Below, one piece after another: positions 1 through 9,832 of a DNA stretch of 64,000 bases. The stretch comes from Syntrophorhabdaceae bacterium. Lineage in GTDB: Bacteria; Desulfobacterota; Syntrophorhabdia; Syntrophorhabdales; Syntrophorhabdaceae. Position numbers and translations under genes: made by a program. Position 1 is the stretch's first letter; each line of letters starts with the position of its first letter. The DNA lies in the NCBI GenBank assembly GCA_963665295.1, contig OY762209.1, positions 32,001 to 96,000 of the forward strand, read 5' to 3'. The notes below the pieces were generated by a model. That model was not told where the DNA came from and made no database searches. It was given only the letters and a program-made list of their open reading frames with translations.

Positions 1-129
1 CAAAAACACTTTCAAAAAATCCCCGCACCCGGGATCTCCAAATTCCCCGATCCCGTTTGCGTTCTCGATGATCCCCACATTTCTGGGGTGCTGAAAATGG
101 TCAAGCACTTTTTCGCTGTATCCGCTCAT
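1..129 (-). CDS. IscU/NifU-type Fe-S cluster scaffold protein, runs off window start
   Basis: Manual translation MSGYSEKVLDHFQHPRNVGIIENANGIGEFGDPGCGDFLKVFL has the IscU YSxKVxDHFxxPRNVG and PxCGD motifs. Confidence 0.9.
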   Translation of the reverse strand, partial: MSGYSEKVLDHFQHPRNVGIIENANGIGEFGDPGCGDFLKVFL

Positions 130-242
130 TCCCGGTTCCTCCTTTCTTTATCCAAACAGCACATTGCGTGGCGCTCGTTGCCCTGTGAGTAACGTCTTCT
201 GCCCATGCAACGTACTTCTTTTACTTACAAATTTCAGCACCG

Positions 243-398
243 CTACCTTCCGGTCCCTGCCTCTATTTCCAACCTTGGTCCGTATTCGGGAAGGAGGCTC
301 TCAATTACCCTGAGTTCGGAGGCGTAGGTACCGTCATTTACCATAAACCGTCCGTCATACGCCCCGGAGTAATGCCCGAACGCTTCAACCTCCGGCAT
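243..398 (-). pseudogene. 5' remnant of class I SAM-dependent methyltransferase
   Basis: MPEVEAFGHYSGAYDGRFMVNDGTYASELRVIESLLPEYGPRLEIEAGTGR* stops just after a degenerate motif I (LEIGxGTGR). Confidence 0.65.
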
Positions 399-408
399 CC
401 TTTCTTCC

Positions 409-1431
409 TTACCGCACGAAAACAGGGTGAGGAGAATTCCGTGCAGCTATCAGTTCCGCCACTATGCTGACCGCTATTTCCTGAGGCGTTTCCGCCTCAA
501 TGGGAATACCTATGGGGGCATGGACCCTCTTAAGGTTTTCCTCATTGAGCCCTTTCCCCCGCATTTGCCCCAGGATCGCCTTTACCTTCCTTGTGCTCCC
601 GATCATGCCGATATACCTGGCCGGCTTTTGCAGGGCTTCGTACAGCACTGCCGCGTCCGTCTCATGACTTCTGGTGACGATCACCACGTATTCGTTTCCC
701 GTAAACTCCAGGCACTCAAAGGTATCGTGAATATTTCCCCCGATTATGAGATCCGCATCGGGAAACCTTTCCCTGTTTGCAAACTCTTCACGGTCGTCGA
801 TAACCGTAACGTCAAACTCGGCAATCCTCGCGATCATCGAGACATACCCGGACACATGCCCGGCCCCGAACAGGTAGAGCGGAAAGGTTATCCGGAGCGG
901 GTCCACCAGGACCTCACCAATCAACACTGCTTTCTTTTCATGAAAAAGACTGTCCCGTAACAGGATGGCCTCATCGGCAAGCGCATCCCCTACACAATTC
1001 ATATTTTTGTCCACGAAAGTCTTCGAAAGGACGCCATCATGAAACCCTGTTATCACGATTCCCTTCTTCCGGTCCTTTTCCGCGGATTCTATTTCCCTGT
1101 AGAGATCGATATATCTCGCCGTCACCGGCTCCAGCAATACATGAAGGTTACCCCCGCAACCGGCGTCTCCTGCTTCCGCCTTTTGCGTCTCCGTGAGAAG
1201 GCGAAGAACCTTGGTCTGATCATTGTTCATCAGAAAAAGGGCCTCGTTATATACCTCGGCTTCCCCATAGCCCCCACCGACTGTGCCGAATATCGTGCCC
1301 TCTTCACCCACAAACATCTTTGTCCCCACGTCCCTTGGGGCAGGGCCCTCCCTTTTGATCACAGTGGCGAGCATTCCCCTTCTTCCGGTTTGCAGATATT
1401 CGTTGATGACCGCGTAAATGTTCATTCCCAT
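409..1431 (-). CDS. XdhC/CoxI family molybdenum hydroxylase accessory protein
   Basis: GTVGGG, GCGG, LFGAGHV, YIGMIGS and HAPIGIPIEAETPQEIAVSI motifs. Confidence 0.93.
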   Translation of the reverse strand: MGMNIYAVINEYLQTGRRGMLATVIKREGPAPRDVGTKMFVGEEGTIFGTVGGGYGEAEVYNEALFLMNNDQTKVLRLLTETQKAEAGDAGCGGNLHVLLEPVTARYIDLYREIESAEKDRKKGIVITGFHDGVLSKTFVDKNMNCVGDALADEAILLRDSLFHEKKAVLIGEVLVDPLRITFPLYLFGAGHVSGYVSMIARIAEFDVTVIDDREEFANRERFPDADLIIGGNIHDTFECLEFTGNEYVVIVTRSHETDAAVLYEALQKPARYIGMIGSTRKVKAILGQMRGKGLNEENLKRVHAPIGIPIEAETPQEIAVSIVAELIAARNSPHPVFVR

Positions 1432-1435
1432 GGCC

Positions 1436-2227
1436 TCAATTATAAAAGTGCATTATCGCTTCAAGTACCCCGCCGCCTATGGCTCTCGCTTTGTCCGTGA
1501 TGGTATGGCAGTACTCCTCGATTGACCTTGGGTCTATGTCGCCGACCTTTTTGTTGACCGGAACCTCAATCTCGCGTATCAGACCCCGGAGCATTCCCCC
1601 GATTGAGGAACATACAGGTGTTTCGTTTATATACAAAACAAGGTCTCCCGCGCTCACCATATCCCCTATCTGCCTGACGTGTTTAACCATGCCGGCATGG
1701 GGCGCGCGGAGCACCCGTTCCGTCGTATATCCCATAGTAGAGCCCGGAATCCCAGTTCGGGGCTCTGCCGATCCCGTCATTATCACTTTGCCGAGATTGT
1801 GCCCACGATTGCTCTCGACAACCACATGGACATTTTCCGGGGCGAGAAAACCGGGGCCTACCCCGACAACTAGGGGGGCTTCGTCCTTTTCGGTTCCCGT
1901 ATATCGCTTCATCATGGTCGCATCCACCACAACCTCGGGCCGGATATCCTTGATTATCTTCCATTCAGGGTCTACCATGACCCCTATTTTCCCCATCTCC
2001 CACGCACCATAGAGTTCATTGAGGTCTGCGATATGTTTTGCCTTGACGCCTTCAACCTCCACTTCCCCCTCACAGACCGCCTCGGAAAAGGCGACGGTAC
2101 GCCTGACCGTGACCGGCTCCGGCATCTCCGTCATCACCATATGCCGGATCTTCGCCATAAAGAGCCTGTGGGCTATTCCCGTCGCCATTTCTCCCGCACC
2201 CTTTATTACGACTTTCAAATTTCTCAT
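1436..2227 (-). CDS. yqeB: Selenium-dependent molybdenum hydroxylase system protein YqeB (EF2563 family)
   Basis: IKGAGEMATG, VRRTVAFSEAV, GVGPGF, ESNRGHNLG, KVGDIDPR, DKARAIGGGVLEA. Confidence 0.92.
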   Translation of the reverse strand: MRNLKVVIKGAGEMATGIAHRLFMAKIRHMVMTEMPEPVTVRRTVAFSEAVCEGEVEVEGVKAKHIADLNELYGAWEMGKIGVMVDPEWKIIKDIRPEVVVDATMMKRYTGTEKDEAPLVVGVGPGFLAPENVHVVVESNRGHNLGKVIMTGSAEPRTGIPGSTMGYTTERVLRAPHAGMVKHVRQIGDMVSAGDLVLYINETPVCSSIGGMLRGLIREIEVPVNKKVGDIDPRSIEEYCHTITDKARAIGGGVLEAIMHFYN

Positions 2228-2273
2228 GGTTTGAAACCCCTTACTCAGTTCTCTCGCTCCTGTTTCCTGTCGT

Positions 2274-3044
2274 CTATTTCCTTCCGCAGGGACATATCCT
2301 GTTCAAGCCCGTCAGCTCAGAAATGCCCGATGCGGTGACTCCGAACACGAGGTAGTCTCTTTTGTACCTTCGTATCAGACTCCAGATGTTATTGAATGTA
2401 TCGTTTACCAGGGTCGTTCCCGTCACCACAACCAGATCCGAAGCTTTGACCAAATCTTCGGTCATAACGTTGCCATCCCATACCTCTACGCCAAATTTCA
2501 CGACACCTATGTTCAATTTGCTGAGATCTGTAATCCTGAGATTTCCGCTGCCGAAGTTTTGACTCAGCCTCGCGGCGATGGCCGGATTTAAACCCACGAG
2601 ACCGACCTTTATCCTTCCGAATCTTTCCATTATGAATGAAGAGATTTTCTCCGCACATTTCTCGGGCTCCTCATCCCTGCAATGGAGGGTGGTTTCTATG
2701 ATGTTTAAATGCCGAAGGACTGCGTTCATAGTCGCAACGTACATGGCCCGCTCCCCGTTTGTGCTGAGAGGTAAATTCATTATCCCTCGCAAGGAACCCA
2801 CAAATTCGCACGGCGTGTCCGTAAAGGCGTGGGCCCTGGCGCCAAGAAACTCCGCTTCAATGACCCTTTCCTGGCCGATGAGGATCGGGAAATCCCTTCT
2901 TCCCGGGGTGCCGATCGCCTCCTCCGGCAAAACGGTTTTGACAAGGACCGACACATCAGCATCCAGAAGACCCCGTTCTCCGACTATCCCCTCAAATGCC
3001 TCACGCGCTTTCTTGAATATAGTCCCGTTACGTTCCGTATCCAC
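2274..3044 (-). CDS. DUF364/Rossmann-like domain protein
   Basis: PEEAIGxPxRxDFP, HCRDEEPEKCA, VTGTTLVN and C-terminal RICP motifs. Confidence 0.75.
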   Translation of the reverse strand: MDTERNGTIFKKAREAFEGIVGERGLLDADVSVLVKTVLPEEAIGTPGRRDFPILIGQERVIEAEFLGARAHAFTDTPCEFVGSLRGIMNLPLSTNGERAMYVATMNAVLRHLNIIETTLHCRDEEPEKCAEKISSFIMERFGRIKVGLVGLNPAIAARLSQNFGSGNLRITDLSKLNIGVVKFGVEVWDGNVMTEDLVKASDLVVVTGTTLVNDTFNNIWSLIRRYKRDYLVFGVTASGISELTGLNRICPCGRK

Positions 3045-3056
3045 CAGTTCCCCCCC

Positions 3057-3992
3057 TTAAATTCCGAAAGTGTATTTTGTCCCTGCCGTATTGAGGGTAA
3101 ACTCCTTTGCCATCTCTTTTGCGAAGAGTTGGATAGCCTCAAACCCGGTACAGTGAGCGGGAATAATGTGGTCGGGACCGATCTCTTTAAGATCGGCCAA
3201 AGTTCTCTCCATTATCGCCGATTCCGCATTAATCAGATGGAAACCCCCTATCACTGCATGAATTCTTTGTATGCCTGTTATCTTTTGCGCGTGCTTCACC
3301 GTATTTACGATACCCGCATGGGCGCAACCCGAAAGTATTACAAGCCCTTTGCCTTTCACGTTACACACGAAGGCCTGTTCGCCTCGAAACTGATCATGCT
3401 CCAGTTTGTCGCCCCGCTCTATGAGCAGAGAGGGCGATCCCTTTTCGTAATCCGTGACCCTCTCGATGTTTCCTGTAAGAAACCCTCCGGGGATTACCTC
3501 GGTGGGTTTCTTTATTTCAATGACTTGTACAACGCCAAGTCTGTCAATGTAATTGTTCAACTGACCGATGTCCCGTGGTTCAAAATCCGAAGGAGAGAGC
3601 AAATACCTGTGAGCAAAAGCCTCCTCTCCTACATACAGCGGGGTGCCTTTCAGAATTCTTGATGCGTTATGTCTCAAGAGACCTATGAGGCCACCCCAGT
3701 GGTCAAAATGGCCATGGCTTAAGCCAAAGGCCATTACCCTTCTCATGTCAATCTCCAGAAGATCCATGTTCCTGTTGATTCCAGCCGAGTCCAACCCGTA
3801 ATCGAACATGAACCCCTTTGCTGCGCCGTCGATCACGACTTCCAGGTAACAGGAAAGACCATGCTCGGCGTGGATGGATGCCCCGGGCGCTACACGGTAC
3901 CTCTTTGCGAAAGACGACTCAGGCCTGAGTGAGTCATAGTAATTGTCTGTAATAATGGTCAGACTCAGTCTATCCACTGCGGCAATCTTCAT
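3057..3992 (-). CDS. MBL-fold metallo-hydrolase (COG1237-like)
   Basis: AEHGLS, SHGHFDHWGG, SGCAHAG, GGFHL and PAHCTG motifs. Confidence 0.9.
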   Translation of the reverse strand: MKIAAVDRLSLTIITDNYYDSLRPESSFAKRYRVAPGASIHAEHGLSCYLEVVIDGAAKGFMFDYGLDSAGINRNMDLLEIDMRRVMAFGLSHGHFDHWGGLIGLLRHNASRILKGTPLYVGEEAFAHRYLLSPSDFEPRDIGQLNNYIDRLGVVQVIEIKKPTEVIPGGFLTGNIERVTDYEKGSPSLLIERGDKLEHDQFRGEQAFVCNVKGKGLVILSGCAHAGIVNTVKHAQKITGIQRIHAVIGGFHLINAESAIMERTLADLKEIGPDHIIPAHCTGFEAIQLFAKEMAKEFTLNTAGTKYTFGI

Positions 3993-4061
3993 GATCTCTC
4001 CCTTTCCGTGTTCTGGCTCTCATCCCGGATATCCGGCATTTTTCGGGACACCACTCTTTAT

Positions 4062-4397
4062 CTAATGGTCACAGACATTCGCGCCGGTGAGAAGGCTCCC
4101 TTTGAGGTAATTTTCAACCACGTCTCGCGGAATTTCACCTTGCGCACCGGTAACTACTTTGACGCCTTGCTCAGCAAAAAGCTCTTGCGCGCGACTGCCC
4201 ATGCCACCGGCTATAATACAGTTGACATCCTGTCCTGAAAGCCATGGAGGCAGAAGGCCCGGTTCGTGAGGCGGCGGAGTGACGTAGGCCTCATTCACTA
4301 TGGTGCCGTTCGCATCGGTATCAATGAAGGCAAAGGCTTCACAATGACCAAAGTGGGTGCATGGCTTTCCCTCATTTGTCGGTACTGCAAATCTCAT
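4062..4397 (-). CDS. NifB/NifX family Mo-Fe cluster-binding protein
   Basis: HFGHC, PPHEPG, IIAGGMG, NVCDH. Confidence 0.9.
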   Translation of the reverse strand: MRFAVPTNEGKPCTHFGHCEAFAFIDTDANGTIVNEAYVTPPPHEPGLLPPWLSGQDVNCIIAGGMGSRAQELFAEQGVKVVTGAQGEIPRDVVENYLKGSLLTGANVCDH

Positions 4398-5328
4398 GGC
4401 ATCTTCCTTGTTGATTTATGTTCTGCGCTGTCGTTTTTGTTACATCCTGAGGAGAAGCAGTGGGGCTGGAATGGGTCACAGCTCCGCTGTCGGGTTGCCC
4501 TATCTCTCTTTTGCCGGAAAGGATGATCTGTTCGACAATTTCATCAAATTTCTCCGCCGTTTTGGTTTTGGAATAGAAGTAGATATATGGCTGCTCTTCG
4601 TCACCGCTTTTTACGATATCGGGATCAAGGGGTATCTTCCCGAGGAAGGGAATTCCAAAACGGTTTGCCAGATCCGCGCCGCCACCCGAAGCAAAGATGT
4701 TCACTTCCTTGCCGCAATCAGGACAGACAAACCCGCTCATGTTCTCTATTACTCCCGCGATGGGGAGATTCATCTGTCGGCAAAAAGTTATACATTTCTC
4801 CACGTCGATGGTCGCCATCTGCTGAGGTGTGGTCACGATGATGGCCGTACTCTTCGGCCCAAGGAGCTGTGCAACGGAAAGGGGTTCATCACCCGTCCCC
4901 GGAGGACAGTCGACAACAAGACAATCGAGGTCTCCCCACGCAACGTTTTGGACGAACTCCCGTATCACTTTCGCCTTCATCGGTCCTCTCCAAATGACCG
5001 GGAGATCGCTCCCATCGAGGAACATTGCCATGGAAACCGCCTTCAGTTTCCCGTAGACTTCGAGGGGGACAATCTCATCATTTGCAACGGTGATTCTTTT
5101 GCCCGAAAGTCCAAGCAGTTTCGGTATGCTGGGGCCATGAATATCCACATCGAGTATGCCCGTCCTCATGCCACGCAAAGACAGACTGAGAGCGAGGTTT
5201 ACCGCAACCGTGCTTTTTCCGACGCCGCCTTTTCCGGAAAGAACGATAAAGATATGGCCGATCCGGGCGAGCCTGTCTTGCAGGGCTTTTTCGTTTACTG
5301 CATCATCCATTGTTTCTTCGCAATTCAT
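4372..5328 (-). CDS. Mrp/NBP35 (ApbC) Fe-S cluster carrier ATPase
   Basis: SGKGGVGKST, WRGP, DCPPGTGD, ENMSGFVCPDC. Confidence 0.95.
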   Translation of the reverse strand: MNCEETMDDAVNEKALQDRLARIGHIFIVLSGKGGVGKSTVAVNLALSLSLRGMRTGILDVDIHGPSIPKLLGLSGKRITVANDEIVPLEVYGKLKAVSMAMFLDGSDLPVIWRGPMKAKVIREFVQNVAWGDLDCLVVDCPPGTGDEPLSVAQLLGPKSTAIIVTTPQQMATIDVEKCITFCRQMNLPIAGVIENMSGFVCPDCGKEVNIFASGGGADLANRFGIPFLGKIPLDPDIVKSGDEEQPYIYFYSKTKTAEKFDEIVEQIILSGKREIGQPDSGAVTHSSPTASPQDVTKTTAQNINQQGRCHEICSTDK

Positions 5329-5602
5329 AATTCCTCCGAAATAGATTGTAGTTTAGTGAAGATTATCCGTATCGCCTCGCCGGCTTGACAGTTCCGGTCA
5401 AAATCGATGATTGTCTTTGCCTGCTTTTGTGCCCCCGCTTCGCATCAAGGTCCGGTTTCGGAAAAATGTGACCATTCGGCTCTTCCGCGTCGCAGTCAAG
5501 GTATTGTACGTGCTGTCCCGAGCAGGCCAGGAAATAGGCCGGATTCACCACAACCGTCGTTTTTCCTGTGTCACCTTTTCCGCTTGCAAATGCAATCTTC
5601 AT
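5325..5602 (-). pseudogene. Deletion scar of MinD-like/COG1149 4Fe-4S ATPase gene(s)
   Basis: N-terminus MKIAFASGKGDTGKTT...LDCDAEEPNGHIF is joined out of frame to a C-terminal segment AQKQAKTIIDFDRNCQAGEAIRIIFTKL..., whose TGA overlaps the Mrp ATG. Confidence 0.75.
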
Positions 5603-5619
5603 GAGTCTTTTCTCTTTTC

Positions 5620-5850
5620 TTATGCCCTTACCATGGTCGCCCCACATTGGGGACATTTCACTTTCAAACAGGGAACCCCCTGCTCATGAGGCTCTTTTGT
5701 TCCACATTGTGGACACACGCACTCTCCGGGCCGGCCACAGTCTGTACCCGCCATTCTGCCTCTGTTTCCCGCGCCTCCGCACTGGCCTGACCCCGCACCC
5801 CTGATGCCTTTCTGCCCTATTCCCTTGTTCTGTCCTTCATTTTGAGCCAT
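5620..5850 (-). CDS. Small Gly/Cys-rich metal-binding protein
   Basis: GECVCPQCG...HEQGVPC...CPQCGATM; good RBS (GAGGAGG). Confidence 0.8.
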   Translation of the reverse strand: MAQNEGQNKGIGQKGIRGAGSGQCGGAGNRGRMAGTDCGRPGECVCPQCGTKEPHEQGVPCLKVKCPQCGATMVRA

Positions 5851-5883
5851 TTCATCCTCCTCGGAGTATTGCTCCCTCCTTTT

Positions 5884-6648
5884 TTACCAGTGTCCTTCTA
5901 CGTCGGCACCGGCTAATTTGGTAAGCGCGCCCTCTTCGAGCTGCGCCAAAGCCTCTTTAATGGTCATGTTCGACGCGCTGTAGGCTTCTATGCCCGCAGC
6001 CTGTAAAACGCGGAAGGCGTTTGGCCCGAGATGGCCGCTGATTACAACCTGAGCCGCAGTCGTCGCCACATTTTGGGCGGTTTGGATGCCTGCGCCCTGG
6101 GGAGAATTCATATTTACCGTATTGTCAATGACGTCAAAAGACTGTTTCTCCTTATCAAAGACGATGATCTTCTTGCTTCGTCCGAAGCGTTCATCCACCA
6201 TCCCCTCAAGGTTCCCATCCGTACTTGTAATTGCTATGTTTACGAGCCTATCTCCTTTTGTTCTCAGTGAGACGTTGCCACCGGCTCCATCCCCGGATCC
6301 GGCCTTTGCCTTGCATCCCCACCTTTTTCTCCATCGGCAGGGTTGTGAAAAATCGTCATCCACATTGATATTGCCCCCGTCGATCCGGACCGCCTTTCCG
6401 TTCACAAAGGCATCCGCTATCTTCTGCCGGGCCATGAGAACCAGACGATGGAACGTGGGTTGAGAAATGTGCATTTCTCTCGCTGCCTCGCGCTGGGACA
6501 TACCGAGCAAATCCTTCAACCGAATGGCTTCCAGTTCGTCATTTCTCAGCACAACTTCTTCAAGGTCCGTCATCTTGACGCCGGCGGGTTTGAAATATAT
6601 CACTTGTGCGAGAAAGCTTACCCTTCTCGGATGGTTAGGTCGTGTCAT
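5884..6648 (-). CDS. DUF134 DNA-binding domain fused to a NifB/NifX domain
   Basis: YFKPAG, ELEAIRLKD, ISQPTFHR, then VDERFGR, GAGIQTAQ, GHLGPNA. Confidence 0.9.
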   Translation of the reverse strand: MTRPNHPRRVSFLAQVIYFKPAGVKMTDLEEVVLRNDELEAIRLKDLLGMSQREAAREMHISQPTFHRLVLMARQKIADAFVNGKAVRIDGGNINVDDDFSQPCRWRKRWGCKAKAGSGDGAGGNVSLRTKGDRLVNIAITSTDGNLEGMVDERFGRSKKIIVFDKEKQSFDVIDNTVNMNSPQGAGIQTAQNVATTAAQVVISGHLGPNAFRVLQAAGIEAYSASNMTIKEALAQLEEGALTKLAGADVEGHW

Positions 6649-6689
6649 TCCGCGCTCCTCAACTTCTTATCTCCCGTGTTTGGTCATTA

Positions 6690-6720
6690 TGAATATATAT
6701 TCACTATCTGCGAATGTCAA
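6690..6720 (-). promoter_or_regulatory. Sigma70 promoter overlapped by palindromic operator
   Basis: Minus strand TTGACA-17-TATATT; perfect palindrome TGAATATATATTCA at 6690-6703 covers the -10. Confidence 0.7.
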
Positions 6721-6887
6721 GAATAAAGGTAAGGGGGGTTTCTAAGTTACTCCTACCCCGCCTCTTCCCTGGAAGAAAAAGATAGTTGAAAGTCGGGTTT
6801 CCCCTTTCGCGGAATACGGTCGATGCCGGCTTTGACGGTAAAGAGAAGATTATATAACCCATCAACACACACCATATAATGTGCCGT

Positions 6888-7259
6888 GCAGTCATATTGC
6901 TTTTTTAATGCGACGCGGGCCAGGAATGCATTCTCGGAGAAATGCACAGATTGCTGCGGCCCGGCGGTATTCTCTTTGTCGGCGATTACCCTTTGCAGCC
7001 CGATGCGAGAAACCGGGAGCGGTATCGAAAATTCGAGGAGGAACCGGGCACCTTCGGCATGTTTCGCACGGAAGGTGTCGTGGTGCGGCACCATGATATG
7101 GACCGGATATACCGGCTGCTTTTACCTTTCCATATCCTTCGGGAGGAAAGGATCAGGGTCCGTACGATGAATGGGCACGAGGCAGACGTGTTCCAGATAG
7201 CGGCCGGAAAGAGAGAAGGTCGGCTTTCCCGAGTCGGGGATTGCCCGCATGTCGCCTGA
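6888..7259 (+). pseudogene. 3' remnant of class I SAM methyltransferase
   Basis: AVILLF, then after a frame change MHRLLRPGGILFVGDYPLQ...RHH...TMNGH; N-terminal SAM motif absent. Confidence 0.6.
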
Positions 7260-7341
7260 TCCGGTCTTCCTGCCTCTTGAATAGTGACAAACCACGCAGG
7301 AACGCTCCTCCACCCGGCTAAAGAAAAAAACCATCTCCACG

Positions 7342-7913
7342 TCAATGCTTCCCCGGTTCCAGGATCTCAAGTATCTCGCGGTTTGCCGCCTCCGGATGAG
7401 TCCAATGAACAGCATGTCCTGCTTCCGTATACCACGATTTGTTTACTGCGAGCGGACCAATTCCTGAGGCCGACCTGATTCTTCCATGCGTCGCGGTAAC
7501 CTTGCAATTCCTGTGATGTCACTATTACCAATGGAATATTCAGATGACTATCCCGGGCCGCTCTCGAGGCGTTCGATTCTTTCCTGTCCCCCTCATCCAC
7601 CTGACATCGATTGTCGTATGTCCTCACGAACATTGCTGCGTCAAGGTCCTTGAGTCCGGAGGGCGCCAACGCCCAATTGTTTCCGGCTGTGCTCAGGGAT
7701 GTCGATGAGTAAAGCCCCCCTCTGAACAGCAGCCGCGTGAGCCCGCGTCATCCCGGACGACAGGTCCACCGGATCCACGCAATAATTTTTGAAATGGTAT
7801 TCTTCCGGACAATCATTGTCAACCCGGATGGTGTGCACTTGCCTGCGCGCCCTGTCCTCCTTTGGACCAATGTCCCCGAAGGACCCAAGGGTTCCCTCTG
7901 GATCACGGTACAC
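7342..7913 (-). pseudogene. Degraded alpha/beta hydrolase
   Basis: Fragments in different frames: GALLID, NIPLVIVT...W..Q..L..WS..SKQIV, and EAGHAVHWTHPEAANREILEIL (catalytic-His region). Confidence 0.55.
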
Positions 7914-8086
7914 CGCCTACGTCGATCGCGGTGATTTCCGACCTGGTGGACCGTCTCTCTATTCAGTTCCATCCGTTCTTGACTTAACGAATCATCAACG
8001 CAAGTCTTCGTGTTTTCACGAATGAGATAGAAAAGCCCGGAATGACACTTTAAATGAAATTAATGACTTACCCGCAATCATCACTG

Positions 8087-8101
8087 TGGCACCATAAATG
8101 C
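8087..8101 (+). promoter_or_regulatory. Sigma54 -24/-12 promoter
   Basis: TGGCACCATAAATGC (GG-N10-GC), 45 nt before the 8147 start. Confidence 0.75.
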
Positions 8102-8146
8102 TTCACTATTGGGTGAGAAGCAAAATAAAAGAAAGGAGAAATAGAT

Positions 8147-8410
8147 ATGAAGAAAGTATTGATGTTCGTTTTAGCGATCATGATCGGCGTAGTGTTTGCA
8201 TCAACCGGTTTCACGCAGGACAAGGCTGCAACGACACCTCCGGACAAAGCAGCAGTGACCGCCCCGGAAAAAGCCAAGGAAGAAGCTCCTGTAAAGGAAA
8301 AGAAGAAAGCCAAAAAAGCTAAGAAAGCAAAAAAGGCAAAAAAAGAAGCAGCACCCGCGGAAGCGACTCCGGCAGCACCCGAGAAGGCAGCTGAGCCCGC
8401 AAAGAAGTAA
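8147..8410 (+). CDS. Small secreted Lys/Ala/Pro-rich low-complexity protein
   Basis: Signal peptide, KKAKKAKKAKKAKK tract, strong RBS AAGGAG, downstream terminator. Confidence 0.85.
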   Translation: MKKVLMFVLAIMIGVVFASTGFTQDKAATTPPDKAAVTAPEKAKEEAPVKEKKKAKKAKKAKKAKKEAAPAEATPAAPEKAAEPAKK

Positions 8411-8429
8411 TGAGAACCTGAAACAGTGT

Positions 8430-8457
8430 AAGGGGGGCGTGAAAGCCTCCCTTTTTT
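8430..8457 (+). terminator. Rho-independent terminator
   Basis: AAGGGGGGC-GTGAAA-GCCTCCCTT followed by a T run. Confidence 0.8.
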
Positions 8458-8522
8458 GTGCCCCATTACGATATTCCGGGAATGAATAACAAGGAGTTTT
8501 TTATGTTGGGAGGTAATCGATC

Positions 8523-8792
8523 ATGATCAGTTATTTGACGCAAATTGCCATATGCGAGCCGGTGCTGGAAACAGTAAAACAAACCCTGTCCCGAAGCGAT
8601 GACGCGGAGGTGAGACGAAAAGCGGGCTATATTCCGACGAAAGAGAGCGTTCTGAGAGCGGTGACCCTTTACCCGGACCTGGATACCAAGGAAAAACTGA
8701 AGAATTTCATAATTGAGCACGTACTGAGCAGTGTTCGCATAACCCCGGCTCAGAAAGAACATCTTGATATGAACGGGTTGAGAACCTCTTAA
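8523..8792 (+). CDS. Hypothetical protein, paralog of 12510-12767
   Basis: RBS GGAGG; shares KQTLSxSDDAEVRxKA and LRAxTLYPxLDT with the second copy. Confidence 0.8.
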   Translation: MISYLTQIAICEPVLETVKQTLSRSDDAEVRRKAGYIPTKESVLRAVTLYPDLDTKEKLKNFIIEHVLSSVRITPAQKEHLDMNGLRTS

Positions 8793-8843
8793 CCTTGGGG
8801 AAACTCATCCCCGCGATGAAGGCGTGTATCTCGATTTCTGTCC

Positions 8844-9452
8844 CTATTTCACGGAAAGGAAGTGTTGAACTCCAAGCAGTATCATCTGAGCTGCCAAAGC
8901 GGCAAGGATGAGGCCCGATATCTTACTCAGGATGTTAAGGCCTTTCTTTCCCACAGCCCGCTCAATGAAGGATGCCGACAGCAGGATGGCGCCGACGCTG
9001 ATGACAGCCAGGAGAAGGGCGAGACAGCCGAGGCCCTTGTGGAATGCATCGGTTATTTCGCCGCCAAGAACAAGCAGCGTGCCGATTGTCGCCGGTCCGA
9101 CGATGATGGGCATCGCCAGGGGTACGACGGCGATATCCTCCTCCGGGGACGGCTTTAAGACTACCGGGTAGGCCTGTACCAATCCGACTGCTGACAGGAA
9201 CAGGAGGGCTCCGGCGCCAACGCGGAAGGAATCGAGGGTAATTGCGAATAGCGAAAAGATTATATCGCCGAAGAAAAAGAGTATCAAGCAGGAAACGCCG
9301 ACGGCGCCGCTGACCTGAAGGGCCAATTTACGACGCTGGGTTTCCGTATAACCCTTAGTCATGCTCAAGAACATGGAGAGGGCGAAAAAAGGCGTAAAGA
9401 GAAAGAAGAATTTGAGCCAGACGCTTACAAAAAAGCTCAGTGTGCTATTCAT
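8844..9452 (-). CDS. MarC family membrane protein
   Basis: Six hydrophobic segments; SFRVGAG and VVPLAMPIIVGPATI. Confidence 0.9.
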   Translation of the reverse strand: MNSTLSFFVSVWLKFFFLFTPFFALSMFLSMTKGYTETQRRKLALQVSGAVGVSCLILFFFGDIIFSLFAITLDSFRVGAGALLFLSAVGLVQAYPVVLKPSPEEDIAVVPLAMPIIVGPATIGTLLVLGGEITDAFHKGLGCLALLLAVISVGAILLSASFIERAVGKKGLNILSKISGLILAALAAQMILLGVQHFLSVK

Positions 9453-9832
9453 CTCCTAATCCATCCATCTTCTTTGCAGCGGGATGTCTTTTACTTTCCC
9501 CCATATCTTTTTCATTGATCACATTCTATAGCAGCATCAAGAACTTATCCACAGTTTTGAATGGTTGCACACATGGGACGCCTTGGAAAAGACCACGGGC
9601 CGCAGGACGCGGTTGGATCTACAGAGTTCATCCGTTCCTTCTTCTTTACATATTCGCGTATTGACACATGGCCTGCGATATGATCATTATAAACAACAAA
9701 GCGCTCCACCGTCGCGTGATTCGATCCCACGAAGACAGGATACCGGGAACTTCAGGACTTGCCCTCTCCATAGGGGTAACGATTGGATCATACGCGGACA
9801 TTCGAGCATTATGTACCGAGATGTGGTGACTT

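Noticed and set aside
8296..8345. A-rich 9-nt repeats
   Set aside because: Encode the KKA repeats of the secreted protein.
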